This document shows positions 12,101-26,200 of a stretch of DNA of 64,000 nt, one piece after another (position 1 is the first letter of the stretch; the number at the start of each line of letters is the position of its first letter). The DNA is from the human T2T-CHM13v2.0 reference genome, Homo sapiens. The notes under the pieces were generated by a model. The model saw only the letters and a list, made by a program, of their open reading frames with translations, made no database searches and was not told where the DNA came from. Where the stretch lies: the NCBI RefSeq assembly GCF_009914755.1, contig NC_060948.1; one strand, 5' to 3'. A program made the translations under genes and the position numbers.

Positions 12101-15100
12101 AAGAATGAAGCTGCAGACCTTAGTGGTGAGTGTTACAACACTTAAAGGTGTTATGTCCAGAGTTTGTTCCTTCAGATGTGTCCAGAGTTTCTTCCTTCTG
12201 GCAGGTTCATGGTCTTGCTCACTTCAAGAATGAAGCTGCACACATTTACGGTGAGCGTTACAGCACCTAAAGGTGTTATGTCCAGAGTTTGTTCCTTCAG
12301 ATGTGCCCAGAGTTTCTTGCTTCTGGCAGATTCATGGTCTTGCTCACTTCAAGAATGAAGCTGCAAACCTTTACGGTGAGTGTTTCAACACTTAAAGGTG
12401 TTATGTCCAGAGTTTTTTCCTTCAGATGTGTACAGAGTTTCTTCCTTCTGGCAGGTTCATGATCTTGCTCACTTCAAGAATGAAGCTGCAGAAGTTAGTT
12501 GTGAGTGTTACAGCGCTGAAAGGTGTTATGTTCAGAGGTTCTTCATTCAGATGTGTCCGGAGTTTCTTCCGTCTGGCAGATTCATGGTCTTGCTGACTTC
12601 AAAAATGAAGTTGCAGACCTTAGTGGTGAGTGTTACAGCACTTAAAGGTGTTATGTCCAGAGTTTGTTCATTTAGATGTGTCCAGAGTTTCTTCCTTCTG
12701 GCAGGTTCATGGTCTTGCTCACTTCAAGAATGAAGCTGCAGACCTTTACGGTGAGTGTTACAGCACTTAAAGGTGTTAGGTCTAGAGTTTGTTCCTTCAG
12801 ATGTGTCCAGATATTCTTCCTTCTGGCAGGTTCATGGTCTTGCTCACTTCAAGAATGAAGCCGCAGACCTTAGTGGTGAGTCTCACAGCACTGAAAAGGT
12901 GTTATGTCCAGAGTTTGTTCATTCAGATGTGTCCGGAGTTTCTTCCTTCTGGCAGGTTCATGGTCTTGTTCTCTTCAAGAATGAAGCTGCAGAAATTAGT
13001 GGTGAGTGTTACAGCACTTATAGGTGTTATGTCCAGAGTTTGTTCCTTCAGATGTGTCCAGAGTTTCCTCCTTCTGGCAGGTTCATGGTCTTGCTGACTT
13101 CAAGAATAAAGCTGCAGACCTGTACGGTGAGTGTTACAGCACTTAAAGGTGTTATGTCCATAGTTTGTTCCTTCAGATGTGTCCAGAGTTAATTCCTTCT
13201 GGCAGGCTCATGGTCCTGCTCACTTGAAGAATGAAGCTGCAGACCTCACTGGTGAGTGTTACAGCACTTAAAGTTGTTATGTCCTGAGTTTGTTCATGCA
13301 GATGTGACCGGAGTTTCTTTCTTCTGGCAGGTTCATGGTCTTGCTCACCTCAAGAATGAAGCTGCAGACCTTAGTGGTGAGTGTTACAGCACTTAAAGGT
13401 GTTATGTACAGAGTTTGTTACTTCATATGTGTCCAGAGTTTCTTCATTCTGGCAGATTCATGGTCTTGCTCACTTCAATAATGAAGCTGCATACCTTTAC
13501 GGTGAGTGTTACAGCACTTAAAGGTGTTATGTCTAGAGTTTGTTCCTTCAGATGTGTCCAGAGTTTCTTCCTTCTGGCAGGTTCATGGTCGTGCTCACTT
13601 CAAGAATGAAACTGCAGACCTTTACGGTGAGTGTTACAACACTTAAAGGTGTTAGGTCCAGAGTTTGTTTCTTCAGATGTGTCCAGAGTTTCTTCCTTCT
13701 GGCAGGTTCATGGTCTTGCTCACTTCAAGAATGAAGCTGCAGACCTTTACGGTGAGTGTTACAACACGTAAAGGTGTTAGTTCCAGAATTTGTTCCTTCA
13801 GATGTGTTCAGAGTTTCTTCCTTCTGGCAGGTTCATGGTCTTGCTCACCTCAGGAATGAAGCTGCAGACCTCAGTGGTGAGTGTTACAGCACGTAAAGGT
13901 GTTATGTCCAGAGATTGTTAATTCAGATATGTACAGAGTTTCTTCCTTCTGGCAGGTTCATTGTCTTTCTCACTTCAAGAATGAAGCTGCAGACCTTTAC
14001 GGTGAGTGTTACAGCCCTGAAAGGTGTTATGTCCAGAGTTTGTTCCTTCAGATGTGTCCAGAGTTTATTCGGTCTGGCAGGTTCATTGTCTTGCTCACTT
14101 CAAGAATGAAGCTGCAGAACTTAACGGTGAGTGTTACAGCATATAAATGTGTTATGTCCACAGTTTGTTCCTTCATATGTGTCCAGAGTTTCTTCCTTCT
14201 GGCAGGTTCATGGTGTTGCTCACTTAAAGAATGAAGCTGCAGACGTTAGTGGTTAGTGTTGCAGCACTTAAAGGTGTTATGTTCAGAGATTGTTCATTCA
14301 GATGTGTCCGTAGTTTCTTCCTTCTGGCAGGTTCATGGTCTTGCTCACTTCAAGAATGAAGGTTCAGACCTTAGTGGTGAGTGTTACAGCACTTAAAAGT
14401 GTTATGTCCAGTGATTGTTCATTCAGATGTGTCCGTAGTTTCTTCCTTCTGGCAGGTACAAGGCCTTGCTCACTTAAAGAATGAAGCTGCAGACCTTAGT
14501 GGAGAGTGTTTCAGCACTTAAAGGTGTTATCTCCAGAGTTTGTTCCTTCAGATGTGTCCAGAGTTTCTTCCTTCTGGCAGGTTCATGGTCTTGCTCACTT
14601 CAAGAATGAAGCTGCAGACCTTTACCGTGAGTGTTACAGCACTTAAAGGTGTTATGTCTAGAGTTTGTTCCTTCAGATGTGTCCAGAGTTTCTTCCTTCT
14701 GGAAGGTTCATGGTCTTGCTCACTTCAAGAATGAAGCTGCAGACCTTAGTGGTGAGTGTTACAGCACTTAAAAGTGTTATGTCCAGAGATTGTTACTTCA
14801 GATGTGTCAGGAGTTTCTTCCTTCTGGCAGGTTCATGGTCTTGCTTACTTCAAGAATGAAGCTGCAGACCTTAGTGGTGAGTGTTACAACACTTAAAGGT
14901 GTTATGTCCAGAGTTTGTTCCTTCAGATGTGTCCAGAGTTTCTTCCTTCTGGCAGGTTCATGGTCTTGCTCACTTCAAGAATGAAGCTGCATACATTTAC
15001 GGTGAGTGTTACAGCACTTAAAGGTGTTATGTCCAGAGTTTGTTCCTTCAGATGTGCCCAGAGTTTCTTGCTTCTGGCAGATACATGGTCTTGCTCACTT

Positions 15101-17200
15101 CAAGAATGAAGCTGCAAACCTTTACGGTGAGTGTTACAACACTTAAAGTTGTTATGTCCAGAGTTTTTTCCTTCAGATGTGTACAGAGTTTCTTCCTTCC
15201 GGCAGGTTCATGATCTTGCTCACTTCAAGAATGAAGCTGCAGAAGTTAGTTGTGAGTGTTACAGCGCTGAAAGGTGTTATGTCCAGAGGTTGTTCATTCA
15301 GATGTGTCCGGAGTTTCTTCCGTCTGGCAGATTCATCGTCTTGCTCACTTCAAGAATGAAGCTGCAGACCGTAGTGGTGAGTGCTACAGCACTTAAAGGT
15401 GTTATGTCCAGAGTTTGTTCATTTAGATGTGTCCAGAGTTTCTTCCTTCTGGCAGGTTCATGGTCTTGCTGACTTCAAGAATAAAGCTGCAGACCTGTAC
15501 GTTGAGAGTTACAGCACTTAAAGGTGTTATGTCCATAGTTTGTTCCTTCTGATGTGTCCAGAGTTAATTCCTTCTGGCAGGCTCATGGTCCTGCTCACTT
15601 GAAGAATGAAGCTGCAGACCTTACTGGTGAGTGTTACAGCACTTAAAGTGTTATGTCCTGAGTTTGTTCATGCAGATGTGACCGGAGTTTCTTTCTTCTG
15701 GCAGCTTCATGGTCTTGCTCACCTCAAGAATGAAGCTGCAGACCTTAGTGGTGAGTGTTACAGCACTTAAAGGTGTTATGTACAGAGTTCGTTACTTAAT
15801 ATGTGTCCAGAGTTTCTTCATTCTGGCAGATTCATGGTCTTGCTCACTTCAAGAATGAAGCTGCATACCTTTATGGTGAGTGTTACAGCACTTAAAGGTG
15901 TTATGTCTAGAGTTTGTTCCTTCAGATGTGTGCAGAGTTTCTTCCTTCTGGCAGGTTCATGGTCGTGCTCACTTCAAGAATGAAGCTGCAGACCTTTACG
16001 GTGAGTGTTACAGCACTTAACGGTGTTAGGTCCAGAGTTTGTTTCTTCAGATGTGTCCAGAGTTTCTTCCTTCTGGCAGGTTCATGGTCTTGCTCACTTC
16101 AAGAATGAAGCTGCAGACCTTTACGGTGAGTGTTACAACACTTAAAGGTGTTAGTTCCAGAATTTGTTCCTTCATATGTCTACAGAGTTTCTTCCTTCTG
16201 GCAGGTTCATGGTCTTGTTTACATCAGGAGTGAAGCTGCAGACCTCAGTGGTGAGTGCTACAGCACTTAAAGGTGTTATGTCCAGAGATTGTTATTTCAG
16301 ATATGTCCAGAGTTTCTTGCTTCCTGCAGGTTCATGGTCTTGCTCACTTCAAGAATGAAGCTGCAGACCTTTACGGTGAGTGTTACAGCACTGAAAGGTG
16401 TTATGTCCAGTGTTTGTTCCTTCAGATGTGTCCAGAGTTTCTTCCGTTTGGCAGGTTCATGGTCTTGCTCACTTCAAGAATGAAGCTGCAGACCTTTACG
16501 GAGGGTGTTACAGCACATAAAGGTGTTATGTCCACAGTTTGTTCCTTCATATGTGTGCAGAGTTTCTTCCTTCTGGCAGGTTCATGGTCTTGCTCACTTA
16601 AAGAATGAAGCTGCAGACCTTAGTGGTGAGTGTTGCAGCACTTAAAGGTGTTATGTCCAGAGATTGTTCATTCAGATGTGTCCGTAGTTTCTTCCTTCTG
16701 GCAGGTTCATGGTCTTGCTCACTTCAAGAATGTAGCTGCAGACCTCAGTGGTGAGTGTTACAGCACTTAAAAGTGTTATGTCCAGTGATTGTTCATTCAG
16801 ATATGTCCGTAGTTTCTTCCTTCTGGCAGGTTCAAGGTCTTGCTCACTTCAAGGATGAAGCTGCAGACCTTAGTTGAGAGTGTTTCAGCACTTAAAGTTG
16901 TTATGTCCAGAGTTTGTTCCTTCAGATGTGTCCAGAGTTTCTTCCTTCTGGCAGGTTCATGGTCTTGCTCACTTCAAGAGTGAAGCTGCAGACCTTAGTG
17001 GTGAGTGTTACAGCACTTAAAGGTGTTATGTCCAGAGATTGTTACTTCAAATGTGTCAGGAGTTTCTTCCTTCTGGCAGGTTCATGGCCTTGCTCACTTC
17101 AAGAATGAAGCTGCAGACATTAGTGGTGAGTGTTACAGCCCTTAAAGGTGTTATGTCCAGAGTTTGTTCCTTCAGATGTGTCCAGAGTTTCTTCCTTCTG
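9163..17200. repeat. Higher-order repeat of ~24 monomers (3001 bp) with 22-mer and shorter deletion derivatives, about 3 copies
   Basis: Variant-bearing ORFs pair at +3001 (9163/12164, 9379/12380, 9754/12755, 10414/13415, 10914/13915, 11539/14540), then at +2751 (12164/14915, 12380/15131). The marker GAGTTAATTCC occurs at 10185, 13186 and 15561. The end coordinate is approximate. Confidence 0.85.
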
Positions 17201-20200
17201 GCAGGTTCATGGTCTTGCTCACTTCAAGAATGAATCTGCGGACCTTTACTGTGAGTGTTACAGCACGTAAAGGAGTTATATCCAGAGTTTGTTCCTTCAG
17301 ATGTATCCAGAGTTTCTTCCTTCTGGCAGGCTCATGGTCCTGCTTAATTCAAGAATGAAGCTGCAGACATTTACGGTGAGTGTTACAGCACTTAGAGGTG
17401 TTATTTCCAGAGTTTGTTCCTTCAGATGTGTCCAGAGTTTCTTCTTTCTGGCAAGTCCATGGTCTTGCTCTCTTCAGGAATGAAGCTGCAGACGTTTACG
17501 GTGAGTGTTGCAGCACCTAAAGGTGTTATGTCCAGAGATTGTTCCTTCAGATGTGCCCAGAGTTTCTTCCTTCTGGCAGATTCATGGTCTTGCTCACTTG
17601 AAGAATGAAGCTGCAAACCTTTACGGTGAGTGTTACAACACTTAAAGGTGTTATGTCCAGTGTTTGTTCCTTCAGATGTGTCCAGAGTTTCTTCCTTCTT
17701 GCAGGTTCATGGTCTTGTCCACTTCAAGAATGAAACTGAAGACCCTTACGGTGAGTGTTACAGCACTTAAAGGTGTTATGTCCAGAGATTGTTCTTTCAG
17801 TTGTGTCCACAGTTTCTTCCTTTTGGCAGGTTCATGGTCTTGCTCACTTCAAGAATGAAGCTGCAGACCTTGGTGGTGAGTTTTACAGCACTTACAGGTT
17901 TTATGTCCCGAGTTTGTTCCATCAGATGTGTCCAGAGTTTCTTCCTTTTGGCAGCTTCATGGTCTTGCTCACTTCAAGAATGAAGCTGCAGACCTCAGTG
18001 GTGAGTGTTACAGCACTTAAGTGTGTTATGTAAAGAGTTTGTTCCTTCAGATGTGTCCAAAGTTTCTTCAATCTGGCAGGTTCATGGTCTTGCTCACTTC
18101 AAGAGTGAACCTGCAGAATTCAGTGTTGAGTGTTACAGCACTTAAAGGTGTTATGTCTAGAGTTTGTTCCTTCAGATGTGTCCAGAGTTTCTTCCTTCTG
18201 GCAGGTTCATGGTCTTGCTCACTTCAAGAAAGAATGAAGCTGCAGACCTTTACGGTGAGTGTTACAGCATATAAAGGTGTTATGTCCAGAGTTTTGTCCT
18301 TCAGATGTCTCCAGAATTTCTTCCTTCTGGCAGGTTCATGGTCTTGCTCACTTCAAGAATGAAGCTGCAGACCTTGGTGGTGAGTGTTACAGCACTTAAA
18401 TGTGTTATGTCCAGAGTTTGTTCCATCTGATGTGTACAGAGTTTCTTCCTTCTGGCAGGTTCATGGTCTTGCTCACTTCAAGAATGAAGCTGCAGACCTT
18501 AGTGGTGAGTGTTACAGCACTTAAAGGTGTTATGTCCAGAGTTTTTTCCTTGTGATGTGTCCAGAGTTTCTTCCTTCTGGCAGGTTCATGGTCTTGCTCA
18601 CTTCAAGAATGAAGCTGCAGACCTTTACGTTGAGTGTTAGAGCACTTAATGTTGTCATGTCCAGAGTTTATTCCTTCAGATGTGTCCAGAGTTTCTTCAT
18701 TCTGGCAGGTTCATGGTCTTGTTCTCTTCAAGAATGAAGCCGCAGACCTTAGTGGTGAGCGTTACAGCACTTAAAGGTTTTATGTCCAGAGTTTGTTCCA
18801 TCAAATGTGTCTAGAGTTTCTTCCTTCTGGGAGGTTCATGGTCTTGCTCACTTCAAGAATGAAGCTGCAGACCTTAGTGGTGAGTGTTACAAGACTTAAA
18901 GGTGTTATGTCCAGAGTTTGTTCCTTGTGATGTTTGCAGAGTTTCTTCATTCAGGCAGGTTCATGGTCTTGCTCACTTCAAGAATTATGCTGCAGACCTT
19001 TACGGTGAATTTTACAGCACTTAAAGGTGTTATGTCCAGAGTTTTTTCCTTTAGTTGTGTCCAGAGTTTCTTTCTTCTGGCAGTTTCATGTTCTTGCTTA
19101 CTTCAAGAATGAAGCTCCAGACCTTTACGGTGAGTTTTACAGCACTTAAAGGTGTTATGTCCAGAGTTTTTTCCTTCAGTTGTGTCCAGAGTTTCTTTCT
19201 TCTGGTAGTTTCATGTTCTTGCTCACTTCAAGAATGAAGCTCCAGACCTTTACGGTGAGTGTTACAGCACTTAAAGCTATTATGTCCAGAGTTTTTACCT
19301 TCAGATGTGTACAGGCTTTCTTCCTTCTGGCAGGTTCATGGTCTTGCTAGATTCAAGAATGAACCTCCATTCCTTTACGGTGAGTGTTACAGCACTTAAA
19401 GGTGTTATGTCCAGAGTTTGTTCCTTCAGATGTGTCCAGAGTTTCTTCCTTCTGGCAAGTTCATGGTCTTGCTCACTTCAAGAATGAAGCTGCAGACCTT
19501 GTTGGTGTGTGTTACAGCACTTACACTTTTTATGTCTCGAGTTTGTTCCATCAGATGTGTCCAGAATTTCTTCCTTTTGGCAGGTTCATGGTCTTGCTCA
19601 CTTCAAGAATGAAGCTGCAGACCTTAGTGGTGAGTGTTACAGCACTTAAAGGTGTTATGTAAAGAGTTTGTTCCATGTGATGTGCGCAGAGTTTCTTCCT
19701 TCTGGCAGGTTCATGGTGTTGCTCACTTGAAGAATGATGCTGCAGACATTTACGGTGAGTGTTACAGCACTTAAAGGTGTTATATCCAGAATTTGTTGCT
19801 TCAGATGTGTCCAGAGTTTCTTTCTTCTGGCAGTTACATGGTCTTGCTTACTTCCAGAATGAAGCTACAGACCTTTACGGTGAGTTTTACAGCACTTAAA
19901 AGTGTTATGTCCAGAGTTTGTTCCTTCAGTTGTGTCCAGAGTTTCTTCCTTCTGGCAGGTTCATGGTCTTGCTCACTTCAAGAATGAAACTACAGACCTT
20001 TACGATGAGTGTTACAGCACTTACAGGTGTTATGTCCCGAGTTTTTTCCATCAGATGTGTCCAGAGTTTATTCCATTTGGCAGGTTCATGGTCTTGCTCA
20101 CTTCAAGAATGAAGCTGCAGACCTTAGTGGTGAGTGTTACAGCACTTAAAGGTGTTATGTCCAGAGGTTGCTCCTTGTGATGTGTGCAGAGTTTGTTTCT

Positions 20201-23200
20201 TCTGGCAGGTTCATGGTCTTGCTCACTTCAAGAGTGAAGCTGCAGGCCTTTACGGTGAGTGTTATAGCACTTAAAGGTGTTATGCCCAGAGTTTGTTCCT
20301 TCAGATGTGTTCAGAGTTTCTTCCTTCTAGCAGGTTCATGGTCTTGCTCACTTCAAGAATGAAGCTGCAGACCTTAGCGGTGAATGTTACAGCACTTAAA
20401 GGTGTTATGTCCAGAGTTTTTTCTTTCAGATTTGTCCGGAGTTTCTTCCATCTGGCAGGTTCATGGTCTTGCTCACTTCAAGAGTGAAGCTGCAGAATTT
20501 AGTGGTGAGTGGTACAGCACTTAAAGGTGTTATGTCCAGAGTTTCTTCCTTCAGATTTGTCCAGAGTTTCTTCCTTCTGGCAGGTTCATGGTCTTGCTCA
20601 CTTCAAGAGTGAAGCTGCAGAATTTAGTGGTGAGTGTTACAGCACTTAAAGGTGTTATGTCCAGAGTTTGTTCCTTCAGATGTGTCCAGATATTCTTCCT
20701 TCTTGCAGGGTCATGGTCTTGCTCACTTCAAGAAAGAATGAAGATGCAGACCGTTACGGTGAGTGTTACAGCATATAAAGGTGTTATGGACGGAGTTTGG
20801 TCTTTCAGATGTATCCAGAGTTTCTTCTTCGGGCAGGTTCATGGTCTTGCTCAATTCAAGAATAAAGCTGTAGACCTTGGTGGTGAGTGTTACAGCACTT
20901 AAAGGTGTTATGTCCAGAGTTTGTTCCATCAGATGTGTCCACAGTTTCCTTCTTCTCTCAGGTTCCTGGCCTTGCTCACTTCAAGAATGAATCTCCAGAC
21001 TTTCATGGTGAGGTTTACAGCACTTAAAAGTGTTATGTCCAGAGTTTGTTCCTTCAGTTTTGTCCAGAGTTTCTTCCTTCTGGCAGGTTCATGGTCTTGT
21101 TCAATTCAATAATGAAGCTGCACACCTTGGTGGTGGGTGTTACAGCACTTAAAGGTGTTACGTCCAGAGTTTGTTCCATCAGATGTGTATAGACTTTCTT
21201 CCTTTTGGCAGATTCATGGTATTGCTTACTTCAAGAATGAAGCTGCAGACATTTACGGTGAGTGTTACAGCACTTAAAGTTGTTATATCCAGAGTTTGTT
21301 CCATAAGATGTGTCTAGAGTTTCTTCCTTCTGGCATGTTCATGGTCTTGCTCACTTCAGGATAGAATGAAGCTGCAGACATTTACGGTGAGTGTTACAGC
21401 ATATAAAGTGTTATGTCCAGAGTTTGTTCCTTCAGATGTGTCCAGAGTTTCTTCTGGCAGGTTCATGGTCTTGCTCACTTCAAGAATGAAGGTCCAGTCC
21501 TTTACGGTGAGTGTTACAGCACTTAAAGGTGTTATGTCCAGAGTTTGTTCCTTCAGATGTGGCCAGAGTTTCTTCCTTCTGTCAGGTTCATGGTCTTGCT
21601 CACTTCAAGAATGAAACTGCAGACCATTACCGTGAGTGTTACAGCACTTAAATGTGTTATGTCCAGAGTTTTTTCCTTCAGATTTGTCCAGTTTCTTCCT
21701 TCTGGCAGGTTCATGGTCTTGCTCACTTCAAGAATGAAACTGTCGACCTTTACCGTGAGTGTTACAGCACTGAAAGATGTTATGTCCAGAGTTTGTTCCT
21801 TCAGATATTTCCAGAGTTTCTTCCATCTGGCAGGTTCATGGTCTTGATCACTTCAAGAATGAAGCAGCAGACCTTATTTGTGAGGGTTACAGCTCTTAAA
21901 GGTGTTATGTCCAGAGTTTTTTCCTTCAGTTGTGTCCAGAGTTTCTTCCTTCTGGCAGGTTCATGGTCTTGCTCACTTCAAGAATGAAGCTGCAGACATT
22001 TACTGTGAGTGTTACAGCACTTAAATTTGTTATATCCAGAGTTTGTTCCTTCAGATGTGTCTAGAGTTTCTTCCTTCTGGCATGTTCACGGTCTTGCTCA
22101 CTTCAAGAAAGAATGAAGCTGCAGAAATTTACGGTGAGTGTTACAGCATATAAAGTGTTATGTCCAGAGTTTGTTCCTTCAGATGTGTCCAGAGTTTCTT
22201 CCTTCTGGCAGGTTCATGGTCTTGCTCACTTCAAGAATGAAGCTGCAGACCTAGGTGGTGAGTGTTATAGCACTTAAAGATGTTATGTCCAGAGTTTGTT
22301 CATTCAGATGTGTCCAGAATTTCTTTCTTCTGGCAGGTTCATGGTCTTGCGGACTTCAGTAATGAAGCTCAAGTCCTTTACGGTGAGTGTTACGGCACTT
22401 AAAGGTGTTATGTCCAGAGTTTCTTCCATCAGATTTGTCCAGAGTTTCTTCCTTCTGGCGGGTTCATGGTCTTGCTCACTTCAAGAATGAAGCTGCAGTC
22501 CTTAGTGGTGAGTGTTACAGCACTTAAAGGTGTTATGTAAAGAGTTTGTTCCTTCAGATATGTCCAAAGTTTCTTCAATCTGGCAGGTTCATGGTCTTAC
22601 TCACTTCAAGAGTGAAGATGCAGAATTTAGTGGTGAGTGTTACAGCACTTAAAAGTGTTATGTCCAGCGTTTGTTACTACAGATGTGTCCAGATATTCTT
22701 CCTTCTGGCAGGTTCATGGTCTTGCTCACTTCAAGAAAGAATGAAGCTGCAGACCTTTACGGTGAGTGCTACAGCATAGAAAGGTGTTAGGTCTAGAGTT
22801 TTTTCCTTCAGATGTGTCCAGAGTTTCTTCCTTCTGGCAGGTTCATGGTCTTGCTCAATTCAAGAATGAAGCTGCAGACCTTAGTTTTGAGTGTTACAGC
22901 CCTTGAAAGTGTTATGTCCAGAGTTTGTTCCTTCAGATGTGTCTAGAGTTTCTTCCTTCTGGCAGGTTCATGGTCTTGCTCACTTCAAGAATGAAGCTGC
23001 AGACCTTAGGGGTGAGTGTTACAGTACTTAAAGGTGTTATGTGCAGAGTTTTTTTCCTTCAGATGTGTCCAGAGTTTCTTCCAACTTGCATTTTCATGGT
23101 CTTGCTCACTTCAAGAGTGAAGCTGCAAAATTTAGTGGTGATTGTTACAGCACTTAAAGGTGTTATGTCCAGAGTTTGTTCCTTCAGATGTGTCGAGATA

Positions 23201-26200
23201 TTCTTTCTTCTGGTATGTTCATGGTCTGGCTCACTTTAAGAAAGAATGAAGCTGCAGACCTTTACGGTGAGTGTTACAGCATATAAAGGTGTTATGTCCA
23301 GAGTTTTGTCCTTCAGATGTCTCCAGAAATTCTTCCTTCGAGCAGGTTCATGGTCTTGCTCACTTCAAGAATGAAGCTGCAGACTTTGGTGGTGAGTGTT
23401 ACAGCACTTAAATGTGTTATGTCCAGAGTTTGTTCCATCTGATGTGTACAGAGTTTCTTCCTTCTGGCAGGTTCATGGTCTTGCTCACTTCAAGAATGAA
23501 GCTGCAGACCCTAGTGGTGAGTGTTACAGCACTTAAAGGTGTTATGTCCAGAGTTTGTTCCTTGTGATGTGTCCAGAGTTTCTTCCTTCTGGCAGGTTCA
23601 TGGTCTTGCTCACTTCAAGAATGCAGCTGCAGACCTTTACGTTGAGTGTTAGAGCACTTAATGTTGTCATGTCCAGAGTTTGTTCCTTCAGATGTGTCCA
23701 GAGTTTCTTCATTCTGGCAGGTTCATGGTCTTGTTCTCTTCAAGAATGAAGCCGCAGACCTTAGTGGTGAGCGTTACAGCACTTAAAGGTTTTATGTCCA
23801 GAGATTGTTCCATCAAATGTGTCTAGAGTTTCTTCCTTCTGGGAGGTTCATGGTCTTGCTCACTTCAAGAATGATGCTGCAGACCTTAGTGGTGAGTGTT
23901 ACAACACTTAAAGGTGTTATGTCCAGAGTTTGTTCCTTGTGATGTTTGCAGAGTTTCTTCATTCTGGCAGGTTCATGGTCTTGCTCACTTCAAGAATGAT
24001 GCTGCAGACCTTTACGGTGAGTTTTACAGCACTTAAAGGTGTTATGTCCAGAGATTTTTCCTTCAGTTGTGTCCAGAGTTTCCTTCTTCTGGCAGTTTCA
24101 TGTTCTTGCTCACTTCAAGAATGAAGCTCCAGACCTTTTAGGTGAGTGTTACAGCACTTAAAGGTATTATGTCCAGAGTTTTTTCCTTCAGATGTGTACA
24201 GAGTTTCTTCCTTCTGGCAGGTTCATGGTCTTGCTAGCTTCAAGAATGAACCTCCATTCCTTTACGGTGAGTGTTACAGCACTTAAAGGTGTTATGTCCG
24301 GAGTTTGTTCCTCCAGATGTGTCCAGAGTTTCTTCCTTCTGGCAGGTTCATGGTCTTGCTCACTTCAAGAATGAAGCTGCAGACCTTAGTGGTGAGGGTT
24401 ACAGCATTTAAAGGTGTTATGTCCAGAGTTTTTTCCTTCAGATGTGTCCAGAGTTTCTTCCTTCTGGCAGGTTTATGGTCTTGCTCACTTCAAGAATGAA
24501 ACTACAGACCTTTACGATGAGTGTTACAGTACTTACAGGTGTTATGTCCCGAGTTTTTTCCATCAGATGTGTCCAGACTTTATTCCTTTTGGCAGGTTCA
24601 TGGTCTTGCTCACTTCAAGAATGAAGCTGCAGACCTTAGTGGTGAGTGTTACAGCACTTAAAGGTGTTATTTCCAGAGGTTGCTCCTTGTGATGTGTCCA
24701 GAGTTTGTTTCTTCTGGCAGGTTCATGGTCTTGCTCACTTCAAGAATGAAGCTGCAGGCCTTTACGGTGAGTGTTAAAGCACTTAAATGTGTTATGTCCA
24801 GAGTTTGTTCCTTCAGATGTGTTCAGAGTTTCTTCCTTCTGGCAGGTTCATGGTCTTGCTCACTTCAAGAGTGAAGCTGCAGAATTTAGTGGTGAGTGTT
24901 ACAGCACTTAAAGGTGTTATGTCCAGAGTTTGTTCCTTCATATGTGTCCAGATATTCTTCCTTCTTGCAGGGTCATGGTCTTGCTCACTTCAAGAAAGAA
25001 TGAAGATGCAGACCGTTACGGTGAGTGTTACAGCATATAAAGGTGTTGTGGACGGAGTTTGGTCCTTCAGATGTATCCAGAGTTTCTTCTTCGAGCAGGT
25101 TCATGGTCTTGCTCAATTCAAGAATAAAGCTGCAGACCTTGGTGGTGAGTGTTACAGCACTTAAAGGTGTTATGTCCAGAGTTTGTTCCATCAGATGTGT
25201 CCACAGTTTCCTTCTTCTCTCAGGTTCCTGGCCTTGCTCACTTCAAGAATGAATCTCCAGACTTTTACGGTGAGGTTTACAGCACTTAAAAGTGTTGTGT
25301 CCAGAGTTTGTTCCTTCAGTTTTGTCCAGAGTTTCTTCCTTCTGGCAGGTTCATGGTCTTGTTCAATTCAATAATGAAGCTGCACACCTTGGTGGTGGGT
25401 GTTACAGCACTTAAAGGTGTTACGTCCAGAGTTTGTTCCATCAGATGTGTATAGACTTTCTTCCTTTTGGCAGGTTCATGGTATTGCTCACTTCAAGAAT
25501 GAAGCTGCAGACATTTACGGTGAGTGTTACAGCACTTAAAGTTGTTATATCCAGAGTTTGTTCCATAAGATGTGTCTAGAGTTTCTTCCTTCTGGCATGT
25601 TCATGGTCTTGCTCACTTCAGGATAGAATGAAGCTGCAGACATTTACGGTGAGTGTTACAGCATATAAAGTGTTATGTCCAGAGTTTATTCCTTCAGATG
25701 TGTCCAGAGTTTCTTCTTTCTGGCAGGTTCATGGTCTTGCTCACTTTAAGAATGAGGCTGCAGACCTAGGTGGTGAGTGTTACAGCACGTAAAGGTGTGA
25801 TGTCCAGAGTTTCTTCCGTAAGATGTGTCTAGAGTTTCTTCCTTCTGGCATGTTCATGGTCTTGCTCACTTCAAGAAAGAATGAAGCTGCAGACCTTTAC
25901 GGTGATTGTTACAGCATATAAAGTGTTATGTCCAAAGTTTGTTCCTTCAGATATGTCCAGAGTTTCTTCCTTCTGGCAGGTTCATGGTCTTGCTCACTTT
26001 AAGAATGAGGCTGTAGACCTAGGTGGTGAGTGTTACAGCACTTAAAGGTGTGATGTCCAGAGTTTGTTCCTTCAGATGTGTCCAGTGTTCCTTTCTTCTG
26101 GCAGGTTCATGGTCTTGCTCACTTCAAGAATGAAGCTCCAGTCCTTTACGGTGAGTGTTACAACACTTAAAGGTGTTATGTGCAGAGTTTGTTCCTTCAG

